A DNA stretch of 64,000 bases from assembly GCA_044238855.1 (NCBI GenBank), contig JBIICO010000002.1, forward strand, positions 9,269 to 73,268. The letters are read 5' to 3'. Source of the DNA: Caulobacter sp. Its GTDB lineage: Bacteria; Pseudomonadota; Alphaproteobacteria; Caulobacterales; Caulobacteraceae. Both the position numbers and the translations under genes were made by a program. Below, piece after piece: positions 13,034 to 22,812 of this stretch. How positions within the stretch are numbered: position 1 is the first letter of the stretch; each line of letters opens with the position of its first letter. The notes under the pieces were generated by a model, which saw nothing but the letters and a program-made list of their open reading frames with translations, did no database searches and was not told the DNA's origin.

Positions 13034-14191
13034 TTGGGCGCGACCCTCGATCTTGCTCGCGCGACGCCCGTCGTCGCCCCCGTGAACCTTGCCGGCCTGA
13101 CCCGCAAGCAGCTGGCGGCCACCCTGGTCGACGCCGGCGTGGTGCCCGAGAACAAGGCCAAGATGCGCTCCGGCCAGCTGTTCCGCTGGATCCACTTCCG
13201 GGGCGTCACCGACTTCGACCAGATGACCGATGTCGCCAAGGAGACCCGGGCGGCGCTGGCGGAGCGCTTCACCCTGGCGCGGCCGGAGATCGTCGAGCGC
13301 CAGATCTCGCGCGACGGCACCCGAAAGTACCTGATCCGCACCGCGCCGGGCATCGAGATCGAGGCGGTCTACATTCCCGACGTCGGCCGGGTCGGCGCCC
13401 TGTGCGTGTCGAGCCAGGTGGGCTGCACCCTGAACTGCACGTTCTGCCACACCGGCACCCAGGCGCTGGTCCGCAACCTGACCGCCGCCGAGATCGTCGC
13501 CCAGGTCCAGGTGGCCAAGGACGACCTCGAGGAGTGGTCGGTCGACGGCGAGGACCGCAAGCTCTCGAACATCGTCTTCATGGGCATGGGCGAGCCGCTC
13601 TACAATCTCGACAACGTCTCCGACGCCATCGAGATCATCAGCGACAACGAGGGCATCGGCATCTCGCGCCGGCGCATCACCGTCTCGACCAGCGGCGTGA
13701 CCCCGCAGCTCCAGGCCTTGGGCGAGAAGACCCAGGCCATGCTGGCGATCAGCCTGCACGCCACCAACGATCCGCTGCGCGACGTGCTGGTGCCGATCAA
13801 CAAGAAGTACGACATCGCCGCCCTGATGGAGGCGATCCGCAACTACCCCGGCATCTCCAACGCCCGCCGCGTGACCTTCGAGTACGTGATGCTGAAGGGC
13901 GTCAACGACAGCGCCGACGAGGCCCGCGCGCTCGTGCAGCTCCTCAAGGGAATTCCGGCCAAGATCAATCTGATCCCGTTTAACCCGTGGCCGGGAACCG
14001 ACTACGAATGCTCCGACTGGGGCACGATCGAGCGCTTCGCGGCGATCCTGAACCGCGCCGGCTACTCCAGCCCGATCCGCACGCCGCGCGGCCGCGACAT
14101 CCTCGCCGCCTGCGGCCAGCTGAAGAGCGAGAGCGAGAAGGTCCGGGCCTCCGCCCGCCGCCGGGAAGAAGCGGCGCTCGCGCAAGGCTAG
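13034..14191 (+). CDS. rlmN: 23S rRNA/tRNA m2A methyltransferase RlmN (radical SAM)
   Basis: [18 protein letters not shown] radical-SAM cluster motif and full-length similarity. TTG start (alternative GTG 13082). Confidence 0.93.
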   Translation: MGATLDLARATPVVAPVNLAGLTRKQLAATLVDAGVVPENKAKMRSGQLFRWIHFRGVTDFDQMTDVAKETRAALAERFTLARPEIVERQISRDGTRKYLIRTAPGIEIEAVYIPDVGRVGALCVSSQVGCTLNCTFCHTGTQALVRNLTAAEIVAQVQVAKDDLEEWSVDGEDRKLSNIVFMGMGEPLYNLDNVSDAIEIISDNEGIGISRRRITVSTSGVTPQLQALGEKTQAMLAISLHATNDPLRDVLVPINKKYDIAALMEAIRNYPGISNARRVTFEYVMLKGVNDSADEARALVQLLKGIPAKINLIPFNPWPGTDYECSDWGTIERFAAILNRAGYSSPIRTPRGRDILAACGQLKSESEKVRASARRREEAALAQG

Positions 14192-14256
14192 AAGCTTGCC
14201 CTCGCGGCCTCGCGACGTGCTAACCGTGGGCCAGCGTCCTTCTGTCGGAAATCTCG

Positions 14257-14682
14257 ATGCCTCCGCAGCTTCAGTCTCCTGAGATCCAGGCCTTCGCCAC
14301 CGGCATTCCCGTGGCCCTCGGCGACGCGGGGATCACCCTCGCCATTCTGGTCCTCGGGGCCGCCATCTATGCCCTGCTGACGCCCCATCGCGAGATCCAG
14401 CTGATCCGCGACGGCAACACCGCCGCGGCCATGTCGCTGGGCGGCGTTCTCATCGGCCTCGCCATTCCGCTGTCCGCCTCGCTCAGCGCCTCGAACTCCA
14501 AGCTGGAGATCGCCATCTGGGGGGTGATGATCATCGCCGTCCAGCTGCTGGTGTTCCGCGTCATCGACCTGCTGCTGCACGGCCTGCCGCAGCGGATCCA
14601 GGACGGCGAGATATCGGCCGCGACCCTGCTGGTCGGGGCCAAGATCGGCAGCGCCCTGATCCTCGCCGCGGCCATGCGCTAG
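14257..14682 (+). CDS. DUF350 domain membrane protein
   Basis: 141 aa, four TM helices, duplicated DUF350-like halves (E..I..GN.A.A). Confidence 0.75.
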   Translation: MPPQLQSPEIQAFATGIPVALGDAGITLAILVLGAAIYALLTPHREIQLIRDGNTAAAMSLGGVLIGLAIPLSASLSASNSKLEIAIWGVMIIAVQLLVFRVIDLLLHGLPQRIQDGEISAATLLVGAKIGSALILAAAMR

Positions 14683-14694
14683 GCGCCGGCCGGC

Positions 14695-15528
14695 ATGCAT
14701 TTTCCCCGCCTTCCCGACTGGGTCGTCTACGTCGCCATCGTGGCGGCGCTGCTGATCGCGTCGGTCAGTCGGCGGGAACGCGCGGACGCGCCGCCGCCGC
14801 CGCCGCCCGTGCCCGGCGAGGAAGGCGTGCCGCTGGGCCCGTCGTCGCCCTTCGATCCGGCCGTGGTCGTCGAGGTGCCCGGCCAACAGAAGCCCGCCTC
14901 CGGCACCGCCTTCTCCGTCGCCGACACCGGCGTCTGGCTGACCGCCCGTCACGTCGTCGACGGTTGTCGCCAGACGGCGCTGGTCGTGGCCGAGGGCCGG
15001 GGCGTGGCGGCCAGGGTCGAGATCGACCCCAACGGCGAAGCGGCCGTCCTCACCACCGAGGGCGGGGCGCCGGCGCTGCCGTTGCTGGTCGACGACAGCA
15101 AGCTCAAGCGCGGCGATCTCGGCTACCACACCGGATTCCCGCAGGGAAAACCGGGTGAGGCCGTCTCGCGCCTGCTGGGCCGGGAGAACCTCGTCGTGCG
15201 CGGCCGCGGCGCGCGCACCGAGCCGGTGCTGGTCTGGGCCGAGGTCGGCCGCACCGACAACCTGAAAGGCACGCTCGCCGGCCTCTCGGGCGCGCCGGCG
15301 CTCGACTCGGCCGGCCGGGTGATCGGCGTGACGGTGGCCGAGGCGCCGCGTCGCGGCCGGATCTACACCACCTCGTCGGCGACCATGGCCAACGCCCTCA
15401 GCTACTCCCGTCGCAGGCCGTCGGGCTTCGCGGCGGGCGAGCCGGTCAATGTCGAGAACTACGGCCGCGTCGCCGACGGCCTGCGCCGCGACCTGCGCGT
15501 GGCGCAGGTCGTCTGCCTGGCCACCTAG
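14695..15528 (+). CDS. trypsin-like (S1) serine protease, membrane anchored
   Basis: N-terminal TM helix. His motif TARHVVDGC and Ser motif GLSGAPALD. Confidence 0.7.
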   Translation: MHFPRLPDWVVYVAIVAALLIASVSRRERADAPPPPPPVPGEEGVPLGPSSPFDPAVVVEVPGQQKPASGTAFSVADTGVWLTARHVVDGCRQTALVVAEGRGVAARVEIDPNGEAAVLTTEGGAPALPLLVDDSKLKRGDLGYHTGFPQGKPGEAVSRLLGRENLVVRGRGARTEPVLVWAEVGRTDNLKGTLAGLSGAPALDSAGRVIGVTVAEAPRRGRIYTTSSATMANALSYSRRRPSGFAAGEPVNVENYGRVADGLRRDLRVAQVVCLAT

Positions 15529-16922
15529 CCGGCGGCGGCCGCCGTCGCCGTCTTCCGCGACCGGATGCGCGCCCCGAGCATCAGGCACAGCACCACCGCC
15601 GGAATGCCCACCGCGGCCGTGCCCGCGAAGAAGATCGCATAGGCCGGCATCAGGCCGTAGGTCGTCTCCAGCGACTGCACGATTTCGCCCGAGAAGCCCT
15701 TCAGGAACTTGCCGAGCAGCGCATAGAAGCTCGACAGCAGGGCGTACTGGGTCGCCGTGTAGCCAAGGCTGGTCAGGCTCGACATGTAGGCGACGAGCGC
15801 CGCGCCGGCGAAGCCGGTGGCGATGTTGTCGACCACCATCGCGGCCGAGAAGGCCGTCAGGTTGCCGTCCGTGAACGCCAGCGCCGAGAAGGCCAGGTTC
15901 GAGGCCGGCCCGAGGATGGCGCCGAGCACCAGCGTCGTGGTGAAGCCGAGCCTGACGGCGCTGAGGCCGCCGAGCGCGATGCCGACGAAGGAGGCGACCA
16001 GCCCGATCGAGGCCCGCACGCTGCCGACCGTTTCCTTGCTCAGGCCGAGATCGACGTAGAACGGGTTGGCCATTGGCCCCATCACGAAGTCAGGCAGACG
16101 GTAGAGGCTGATTGCCAGCAGCATCAGCAGAGCCATCTGGCCGTGCTGTTTGAAGAAGGCGACGAACGGCCCAACGATGGCGTCGAAGAGGCCGCGGGGC
16201 GTCCAAAGCGCCGGCCCCGAGTCCTGGACCGAGTCGAGCGCGGCCTTGATCCGGGCGGGCTCGGTCGCGGCAAGGGTGGCGATGATGCCGATCACCGCGC
16301 CCAGCGCGTAGAGCGCGTAGGACGGCGGCCAGCCGATCTTCGCCGCCGCCAGCAGAATCAGGGCGTCGGTGGCCAGCAGGGCGATGCGGTAGCCAAGCTG
16401 GAAGGCGGCCGTGAGCAGACCCAGGTCCTCCGCGTCCTCGGCGCGCTCGATCCGCCAGGCGTCGACGACGATGTCCTGGGTCGCCGAAGCGAAGGCGACC
16501 ACCAGGGCGATCAATGCGAAGGTCCCGAGGTTGCCCTCCGGACCGACGACGGCCATGCCGAGCAGGCCGAGGCCGATCAGGATCTGCGACAGGATCATCC
16601 AGCCGCGCCGCCGGCCGAGCAGCTTTCCCAGGATCGGCACGTCGACCTTGTCGACGATCGGCGCCCAGAGGAACTTCAGGGAATAGGCCAGGCCGACCCA
16701 GGTCAGGAAGCCGATCGTCGCCAGCTCCATGCCCTCCTCGCGCAGCCAGAAGCCGAGCGTGTTGCCGGTGAGCATGAAGGGCAGGCCCGACGAGAAGCCC
16801 AGCATCAGGGTCACCAGGACCCGGGGCTGGCGCAGCGAACTGACCACCTCGCGCCAGCCGTGCGCCTTCTTCGGCGCGGGCGGCACGGCGGGTTCGGGAT
16901 TGCTCGCGGCTTCCGTGGTCAT
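15525..16922 (-). CDS. ampG: AmpG family muropeptide MFS permease
   Basis: LGFSSGLPFMLTGNTLGFWL motif and about 12-14 TM helices. ATG at 16922 preferred over GTG at 16943. Confidence 0.85.
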   Translation of the reverse strand: MTTEAASNPEPAVPPAPKKAHGWREVVSSLRQPRVLVTLMLGFSSGLPFMLTGNTLGFWLREEGMELATIGFLTWVGLAYSLKFLWAPIVDKVDVPILGKLLGRRRGWMILSQILIGLGLLGMAVVGPEGNLGTFALIALVVAFASATQDIVVDAWRIERAEDAEDLGLLTAAFQLGYRIALLATDALILLAAAKIGWPPSYALYALGAVIGIIATLAATEPARIKAALDSVQDSGPALWTPRGLFDAIVGPFVAFFKQHGQMALLMLLAISLYRLPDFVMGPMANPFYVDLGLSKETVGSVRASIGLVASFVGIALGGLSAVRLGFTTTLVLGAILGPASNLAFSALAFTDGNLTAFSAAMVVDNIATGFAGAALVAYMSSLTSLGYTATQYALLSSFYALLGKFLKGFSGEIVQSLETTYGLMPAYAIFFAGTAAVGIPAVVLCLMLGARIRSRKTATAAAAG

Positions 16923-16966
16923 GGCGGTCTTTCCCCCGATCACTGGCGGGGCTGCCGCCCCGCAAA

Positions 16967-18544
16967 TCAGGAGGCGACCTTGGCCTCTCGCGCGTCCGGC
17001 GTCCAGCCGACCCAGCGGGTCAGGACGGCGCGCAGGGCGGTCTCGGTCAGCGGCTTGACCAGGAAGTCGTTCATGCCGGCCGCGAGGCAGGCGTGGCGGT
17101 CGTCCTCGAAGGCGTCGGCGGTCAGGGCGACGATCGGAGTCGTCACTCCGGCCGCGCGGACGGTCCGGGCCGCCTCGACGCCGGACATGCCCGGCATGCG
17201 GACGTCCATCAGCACCAGATCGTAGGTCGCGGCCCGAAGCGCGGCCACCGCCTCGTCGCCGCTGGCCGCGCGGTCGACCTTCGCGCCCTCTCGCTGGAGC
17301 AGGGTGCGGGCCAGCAGAGCGTTGATCGGGTTGTCCTCGGCCAGCAGGACGCGGGCTCCCGGCGCGGTCGCCTCGGCGATACGGTCGTCTTCCTGGGGCC
17401 GCGCGGCGGCGGTCGGGGCGCCCGAGGCGGCGAGCACGCGGGCCGCGATCGACGCCGCGCGAAGGGGCTTGATCAGGTAGCCGGCGAACCCGGCCGAGCG
17501 GCTGCGTGGAATGCGCGCGCGTTCGTCGGGGCGCAGCAGGATCAGCGAGGCCCGGCCCTCCGGCGCGCGCAGGGCCTTGCGGCCCGTCGCCAGCGCGTTG
17601 TCGATCAGCAGAACCGCCTCGGCCGGCGCGCTCGCCAGCAGCGCGGCGAGCGTCTCGGCGACCACGGCGCGGCCGCCCATGGCCTCGATCTGGCGGGCGG
17701 CGGCTTCGCGCAGCACGGCGCTCGGCGAGGCGACTCCGACGGTGCGGCGGGCCAGCGGCCGCTCGCGCACGGCCGGGCCGGCGGCGGGCAGCGGCGCCTC
17801 GAACCAGAACTCGGCCCCACCGGCGGGCGCGTCCTCGACGCCGACCTGACCCTGCATGGCTTCGGCCAGCCGCCGGACGATGGCCAGGCCCAGCCCGGCA
17901 CCGTTCAGCGCCATGCCGCCGTGAGCCGGATCGGCATGCACGAAGGGCTCGAAGATCCGGGCGCGGGCGGCGGCGGGCACGCCGGGGCCGGTGTCGCGGA
18001 CCACGAGGCGGACGCGGCCTTCCGGCGCCGCCTCGGCCGACAGCAGCACGCCGCCGGTTTCGGTGAACTTGATGGCGTTGCCGGTGAAGTTCAGCAGCAC
18101 CTGCCGCAACCGGCCCTCGTCGGCCATCACCGGCGGAAGGCCGGGCGCGACCGTCCAGGCGATCTCCAGCCCCTTCTCGTGGGCGCGCGGACTGAGCAGC
18201 TCGGCCACCTGCCGCAGCAGGTCGGCCGTCTCCATGCGCGCCGGGCGCAGCTCGATCTTGCCTTCGCCCAGCCGGGCCAGGTCGAGGACATCGTTGACCA
18301 GGGCCAGCAGGTGATCGCCGCTTTCGCGCAGGGCGGCGACATAGGCCTTCTGCTCGGCGGTCAGCCGAGTGCCGTCCAGCAGCCGGGCCATGCCCAGCAC
18401 GCCGTTCAGGGGCGTGCGGAACTCGTGGCTCAGGGTGGCGAGCTGCTCGGGCGTGATGGCGCGGCCGGCGGTGGACATCGGGCGATGGTAGCCGGCGCGG
18501 CTTAACGGCCGGTCAAGCGCGCGGGACCGGTCGGATGACCTCAC
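16967..18544 (-). CDS. hybrid histidine kinase (HisKA-HATPase, degenerate receiver-like region, REC), no sensor or TM domain
   Basis: The H-box SHEFRTPLNG lies about 35 aa from the start. G-boxes are present, and the C-terminal REC has DLVLMDVRMPGMSG. GTG 18544 overlaps the upstream stop (GTGA); alternative ATG at 18478. Confidence 0.85.
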   Translation of the reverse strand: MRSSDRSRALDRPLSRAGYHRPMSTAGRAITPEQLATLSHEFRTPLNGVLGMARLLDGTRLTAEQKAYVAALRESGDHLLALVNDVLDLARLGEGKIELRPARMETADLLRQVAELLSPRAHEKGLEIAWTVAPGLPPVMADEGRLRQVLLNFTGNAIKFTETGGVLLSAEAAPEGRVRLVVRDTGPGVPAAARARIFEPFVHADPAHGGMALNGAGLGLAIVRRLAEAMQGQVGVEDAPAGGAEFWFEAPLPAAGPAVRERPLARRTVGVASPSAVLREAAARQIEAMGGRAVVAETLAALLASAPAEAVLLIDNALATGRKALRAPEGRASLILLRPDERARIPRSRSAGFAGYLIKPLRAASIAARVLAASGAPTAAARPQEDDRIAEATAPGARVLLAEDNPINALLARTLLQREGAKVDRAASGDEAVAALRAATYDLVLMDVRMPGMSGVEAARTVRAAGVTTPIVALTADAFEDDRHACLAAGMNDFLVKPLTETALRAVLTRWVGWTPDAREAKVAS

Positions 18545-18810
18545 CCGCCGCTCAGCGCGCCGAAGATCAGCAGCTCATCGCCCTCGGCCAGCGGGCCGTC
18601 GAGGTCGAAAGCCCGCTCGGGTCCGACGAACAACCGCATGTGGCGGCGAATACGGCCCTGCTCGTCGATCACCCGGAAGCGGATGCCCGGCCACAGCCGG
18701 TCGAGCGCGTCCAGCGCCTGTGCGACGGTCGTCGCCTCGACGGCCACCCGCGACAGCCCGCCCGAATAGGACTGCAGTTGCGAGGGCAGGGAGACGTGAA
18801 TCCTGGTCAC
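18541..18810 (-). CDS. MoaD/ThiS-like beta-grasp protein with C-terminal Gly-Gly
   Basis: 89 aa ending ...IFGALSGG*. The GTG start overlaps the upstream stop (GTGA). Confidence 0.75.
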   Translation of the reverse strand: MTRIHVSLPSQLQSYSGGLSRVAVEATTVAQALDALDRLWPGIRFRVIDEQGRIRRHMRLFVGPERAFDLDGPLAEGDELLIFGALSGG

Positions 18811-19928
18811 AGCGGCGCGGCGACCACGGAATAGATCTCCGGCAGATGGGCGGCGATCTGGCGCCAGGACCCACCCTCGTCGTCGCTCATCCAGAGCTCG
18901 CCGCCGGTGGTGCCGAGGTAGAGGCCGACCGGGTCGTTCGCATCGGCGCAGAAGGCCTGCCGCTTGACGGTGAACCAGCCCTGCTCGGCCGGAAAGCCGG
19001 CGTCCTGCCGCTCCCAGGAGCCGCCGCCGTCACGGGTGCGATAGACGGCGGGCCGCCCGCCGGGGCTGACGCGCGGCCAGACCTCCGTGCCGTCCATCGG
19101 AAACACCCAGGCGGTGTCGCGGTCGCGGGGATGGGGGATGATGGTGAAGCCGATGTCGCCGATCCCGGGCGGCATGGCCTCGCCGATCCGCTCCCAGCGG
19201 TCCGACGGTCGATCCAGGCGGTAGATGCCGCAGTGGTTCTGCTGCCAGATCCGGTCCGGATCGGTCGGGGCCAGGGCGATGTAGTGGGCGTCCTGGCCGT
19301 ACTCGGGATAGGGGTCGGGGAAGAAGCCGGCCTCCACGTTCTGGTTCAGCGGCGCCCAGGACGCGCCGCGATCGAGGCTCTCGAACACCCCGCCGGTCGA
19401 GGTGGCGATGTACATATGGGCGGCGTCGCGCGGGTCGATCTGGATCTGGTTCAGCAGGGCCCCGTCAGGCGTGCCGCCGTCGGCCGGACACCAGTTCCAG
19501 TACATCGGGTTGTCGTTGAAGCCGCTCACGCCCTCCCAGTTCGCGCCGCCGTCGGTGCTGACGAACAGGCCGGGCGGCGAGGTTCCCGCCCACCAGACGC
19601 CGGGTTCCGAGGCGTGGCCGGGCTCCAGCCAGAAGCTGTGGTCGACCGCCCGTGGCTCCTCGCTCCCGGTCGCGACCGGGAAGGCCGGCGGCCGCGCCGC
19701 CTCCGCCCAGGTCGCGCCGCCATCCGTCGAGCGGAAGACGGTGGGTCCTAGGTGCCCGGTGCTGGCGGCCATGAGCAGGGTGTGGCCGTCGCGCGGGTCG
19801 AGCACCAGATGGTTGACGATGCTGCCCAGGAAACGGGGGCCGTCGACCGACCAGCTCCGCCGGGTCGCGTCGCCGCGATAGATCCAGGCCCCCTTGCGGG
19901 TTCCGACGAGAAGCTGGACGCCGGTCAT
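18807..19928 (-). CDS. BNR/Asp-box repeat beta-propeller protein (sialidase-like fold), cytoplasmic
   Basis: Five Asp-boxes (STDGGATW, STDGGANW, SLDRGASW, TRDGGGSW, SDDEGGSW). No signal peptide. Confidence 0.8.
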   Translation of the reverse strand: MTGVQLLVGTRKGAWIYRGDATRRSWSVDGPRFLGSIVNHLVLDPRDGHTLLMAASTGHLGPTVFRSTDGGATWAEAARPPAFPVATGSEEPRAVDHSFWLEPGHASEPGVWWAGTSPPGLFVSTDGGANWEGVSGFNDNPMYWNWCPADGGTPDGALLNQIQIDPRDAAHMYIATSTGGVFESLDRGASWAPLNQNVEAGFFPDPYPEYGQDAHYIALAPTDPDRIWQQNHCGIYRLDRPSDRWERIGEAMPPGIGDIGFTIIPHPRDRDTAWVFPMDGTEVWPRVSPGGRPAVYRTRDGGGSWERQDAGFPAEQGWFTVKRQAFCADANDPVGLYLGTTGGELWMSDDEGGSWRQIAAHLPEIYSVVAAPL

Positions 19929-19978
19929 GGGCGCTCTCCCGTGTTCGGCGGCAGGCTACACCCGGCCGGCGGCGGGCG

Positions 19979-21511
19979 TCAGCCCTGGGAATCGAAGAAG
20001 GCGTCGGGATCATCGATCTCCACCAGTCGGCCGCGCCGGATCTCCAGGAACCGCGTCGCCGCCGTGCGGGTGAAGTAGCGGTCGTGCGAGACGAAGACGC
20101 ACGACACCTCCGACTCCTCCAGCTGGGCCTCCAGCGCTTCCTGGCCCTCGATGTCGAGATGGTTGGTGGGCTCGTCGAGCAGGTAGAGGTTCGGTCGCTC
20201 CAGCCGCATGCGCAGGAACATCAGCCGCGACCGCTCGCCGTAGCTGAGCAGGCCGATCGGCTGCTGCGCGCGCAGGAACGGGAACCCCGCCTGCGCCAGC
20301 AGCCGGGCGGCGTCCTTGTCGGTCGCTTCCGGCGCGGCGGCGACATAGTCGAGCAGGCTGCTCCCGAGCGGCAGGCCGCGCATCGACTGGTCGAACACCG
20401 CCAGCCGCGTGGCGGGGTTGAAGCGGATCGCCGCCAGGCCGTCGTAGTGTTCCCGCGCCGGGTCGAACGCCGCCGCCAGCGCCGACAGCAGCGTCGACTT
20501 GCCCGCGCCGTTGACGCCCAGCAGCGCCACGCGGTCGCCGGCGGCCAGGGCCATGCGGTCGATCTTCAGCAGCGTCCGCGCGCCGTCCGGCGTGGTCACC
20601 GTCAGGTCGTGCAGTCGCAGGGCCACCTTGGCGTCGATCTCCGCGTCCGACAGTTCCAGCCGCCGCTCGCGGCCGACATAGCTGTCGGTGCGGTCGGCCT
20701 CGATCCGTGCGATGCGGGTCTCGATCGCCGCCTTGCGCTTGTTGAGGTCCGGGTTCTTGACCGCCCAGACCTTGTAGCGGGCGGCGGCCGCCTCCAGCCG
20801 GCGGATTTCCTTCTCCTCCAGCTTCCGGTGGGCGGCCGCGACCGCGTCGCGGCGCAGCAGCTCCTCCCGGGCGACCGAGAATGGCGTGCGGAAGGCATGC
20901 ACCCCGTCGCGGCGCAGGAACAGGGTGCGGTCGGTGACCCGGTTCAGGAACTCCCGGTCGTGGGAGACGATCAGCATCGGGATGTCGAACTCGGCGACCA
21001 GCCAGCGCTCCAGCGTGGCGATGTTGCCGAGGTCCAGGTGGTTGGTCGGCTCGTCGAGCAGCAGGATGTCCGGCTCCTCCAGCCGGGCCGCGCCCGCGAT
21101 CAGCATCAGTCGCTGCCAGCCGCCCGACAGCGCGCCGAAGCGCCGCTCCGCCATCTCGGCGGCCAGGCCCAGCTCGTCCAGCAGCACGTCGATGCGCCAG
21201 TCGTCGTCGCCCGCGCCGATCTTCTCCAGTGAGCGGCGCAGCGCCTCGCGCACCGTCAGCTCGGCCAGTTCGGGCGGCGTGTCCTGCGGCAGGAAGCCCA
21301 CGCGCAGGCCCCGCGAACGCACGACCTGGCCATGGTCCAGTTCGAGCTCGCCGGTCAGGCAGCGCAGCAGGGTCGACTTGCCGGCGCCGTTCTCGCCGAC
21401 CAGCGCGGTGCGGTCGCCGTCGAGCAGGAACGACAGCCGGTCGAACACGGGCGTCGACCCGTGGTGGAAACTCGCCTGATCCATGCCGAGAACGGCTTGC
21501 CGGGACGCCAT
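19979..21511 (-). CDS. ABC-F family ATPase (two ABC domains, no TM domain)
   Basis: Two Walker A motifs (GENGAGKST, GVNGAGKST) and two LSGG/LSYG signatures. Start at MASRQAVLGMDQ. Confidence 0.9.
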   Translation of the reverse strand: MASRQAVLGMDQASFHHGSTPVFDRLSFLLDGDRTALVGENGAGKSTLLRCLTGELELDHGQVVRSRGLRVGFLPQDTPPELAELTVREALRRSLEKIGAGDDDWRIDVLLDELGLAAEMAERRFGALSGGWQRLMLIAGAARLEEPDILLLDEPTNHLDLGNIATLERWLVAEFDIPMLIVSHDREFLNRVTDRTLFLRRDGVHAFRTPFSVAREELLRRDAVAAAHRKLEEKEIRRLEAAAARYKVWAVKNPDLNKRKAAIETRIARIEADRTDSYVGRERRLELSDAEIDAKVALRLHDLTVTTPDGARTLLKIDRMALAAGDRVALLGVNGAGKSTLLSALAAAFDPAREHYDGLAAIRFNPATRLAVFDQSMRGLPLGSSLLDYVAAAPEATDKDAARLLAQAGFPFLRAQQPIGLLSYGERSRLMFLRMRLERPNLYLLDEPTNHLDIEGQEALEAQLEESEVSCVFVSHDRYFTRTAATRFLEIRRGRLVEIDDPDAFFDSQG

Positions 21512-21585
21512 GATCCTGCCTGTCGAAACCGGGACGCGACGCCCCCGCACCGCAGGTAGCGGAAGATCGATGGTCGACCAACCGG

Positions 21586-22206
21586 TCAGCCGGCCATCGC
21601 CGACGCCATCCCCACCCGCCGGTAGATCAGCGCCTCGGCGACATGGAGGCGTTTGACGCTGTCCGCGCCGTCGAGGTCGGCGATGGTTCGGGCCAGGCGC
21701 AGGGCCCGGGTCCAGCCTCTGGCCGTCAGATGGCCCGCCTCCGCGGCGCGGCTCATCAGGGCGCGGGCCGCCTCGTCCAGGCTCGCCGCCTTCTCCAGGA
21801 AGTCGCCGTCGGCGCGGGCGTTGATGGCCGGCGCGCCCTCGCCCCAGGCCAGCGCCCGTTCAGTCTGGGCCGCGCGGGCGGCCGCCACGCGGGCGGCGAC
21901 CTCGGCCGACCCTTCCGAGGGCGGGGGCAGGGCCAGGTCGGCGGCGCTGACTGGCGGCACGTCGATCTGCAGGTCGATGCGGTCGATCAGCGGCCCCGAG
22001 ACGCGGCCCTGATAGTCGCGCTGGCAGCGCGGAGCCTTGCCGCAGTAGCCTTTCCCCGGCCCGCCATGGCCGCAGCGGCAGGGATTCTGCGCCGCGACGA
22101 GCTGCACGCGCGCGGGGTAGCGGATGTGCGCGTTGGCGCGGGCGACCATCACCTCGCCGGTCTCCAGCGGCGCGCGGAGGCTGTCCAGGGCCTGGGCGCT
22201 GAACTC
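21586..22206 (-). pseudogene. comM: comM/yifB (Mg-chelatase-like AAA+ ATPase), 3' fragment, cut by a transposon
   Basis: Translation PEFSAQALDSLRAPLETGEVMVARANAHIRYPARVQLVAAQNPCRCG... is the ComM C-terminal half. Upstream of the junction the ORF reads out of the element's inverted repeat. Confidence 0.9.
22199..22206. repeat. target-site duplication, left copy (CTGAACTC)
   Basis: Identical 8-mer at 30084..30091, directly abutting the inverted repeats. Confidence 0.9.
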
Positions 22207-22233
22207 CGGAATCCGGTAGCAAACACACCCAAA
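22207..22233. repeat. terminal inverted repeat, left (CGGAATCCGGTAGCAAACACACCCAAA)
   Basis: Perfect 27/27 reverse complement of 30057..30083. Confidence 0.92.
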
Positions 22234-22269
22234 CACGCGAAGTTAAGATGATCGCCGCACGGTTGTGCG

Positions 22270-22812
22270 ATGGGTGGGCAGCGTCAGACCAAATTCCTTA
22301 CGGATGAATACAGGCGCGTCATGGGCGATCTGGAGGCCGTGGCGCATCGCGTGGATGAACTTAGGCCGGCCGCCGACGAGTTTCGGCGGCGACAACAAGA
22401 AGCGATCGTCTTGCGCCAGAAGCTCGAAGCAATGGCGATCACTCTTCGCGTGCTTGATGGCTCTTGGGTGGAACCAGAAGTTCCGATGAAGCGAAGGAAG
22501 CGGCCTTGGGGCGATCTTCCTACGGGCGCGTTTATTCGCACCGCTTTGAGGGTGCTTGGCACCTCAACAGAACCATTAAGCGCGGCTGAGATCGCCGAAA
22601 TTGTAGCGCCGCGCGTCATGCCGGGCCGGGAGTTTTCATCCCATGAGATGGCTCATATCGCTACCGTGATCAGATGCTCTCTTCGAAGACGAAGAAGCCT
22701 CATCCGCGTGACCGGCACCCATCCTCTGCGGTTCGCGCTAAACCTCTCTAGCCGGGGCGCCCCGCATAGTCCCAATAGTTCGTCCACCGGCGCGACTGCG
22801 GGCTGTGACTGA
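22270..22812 (+). CDS. hypothetical protein, end-proximal and inward-facing (paralog of 29553..30014)
   Basis: 180-aa ORF. Coiled N-terminal half, then ...IRTALRVLGTSTEPLSAAEIAEIV..., which aligns with the right-end ORF (...VFKALREAKEPLTSRDIALRL...). The last ~22 codons overlap the transposase 3' end. Confidence 0.6.
   Translation: MGGQRQTKFLTDEYRRVMGDLEAVAHRVDELRPAADEFRRRQQEAIVLRQKLEAMAITLRVLDGSWVEPEVPMKRRKRPWGDLPTGAFIRTALRVLGTSTEPLSAAEIAEIVAPRVMPGREFSSHEMAHIATVIRCSLRRRRSLIRVTGTHPLRFALNLSSRGAPHSPNSSSTGATAGCD

Noticed and set aside
21586-22236. The 216-aa ORF as an intact gene starting at GTG 22236
   Set aside because: Its first 10 codons (VFGCVCYRIP) are encoded by the transposon's inverted repeat. 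The remainder is the C-terminal half of ComM, whose N-terminal half is at 30084..31000, so it is a gene fragment.
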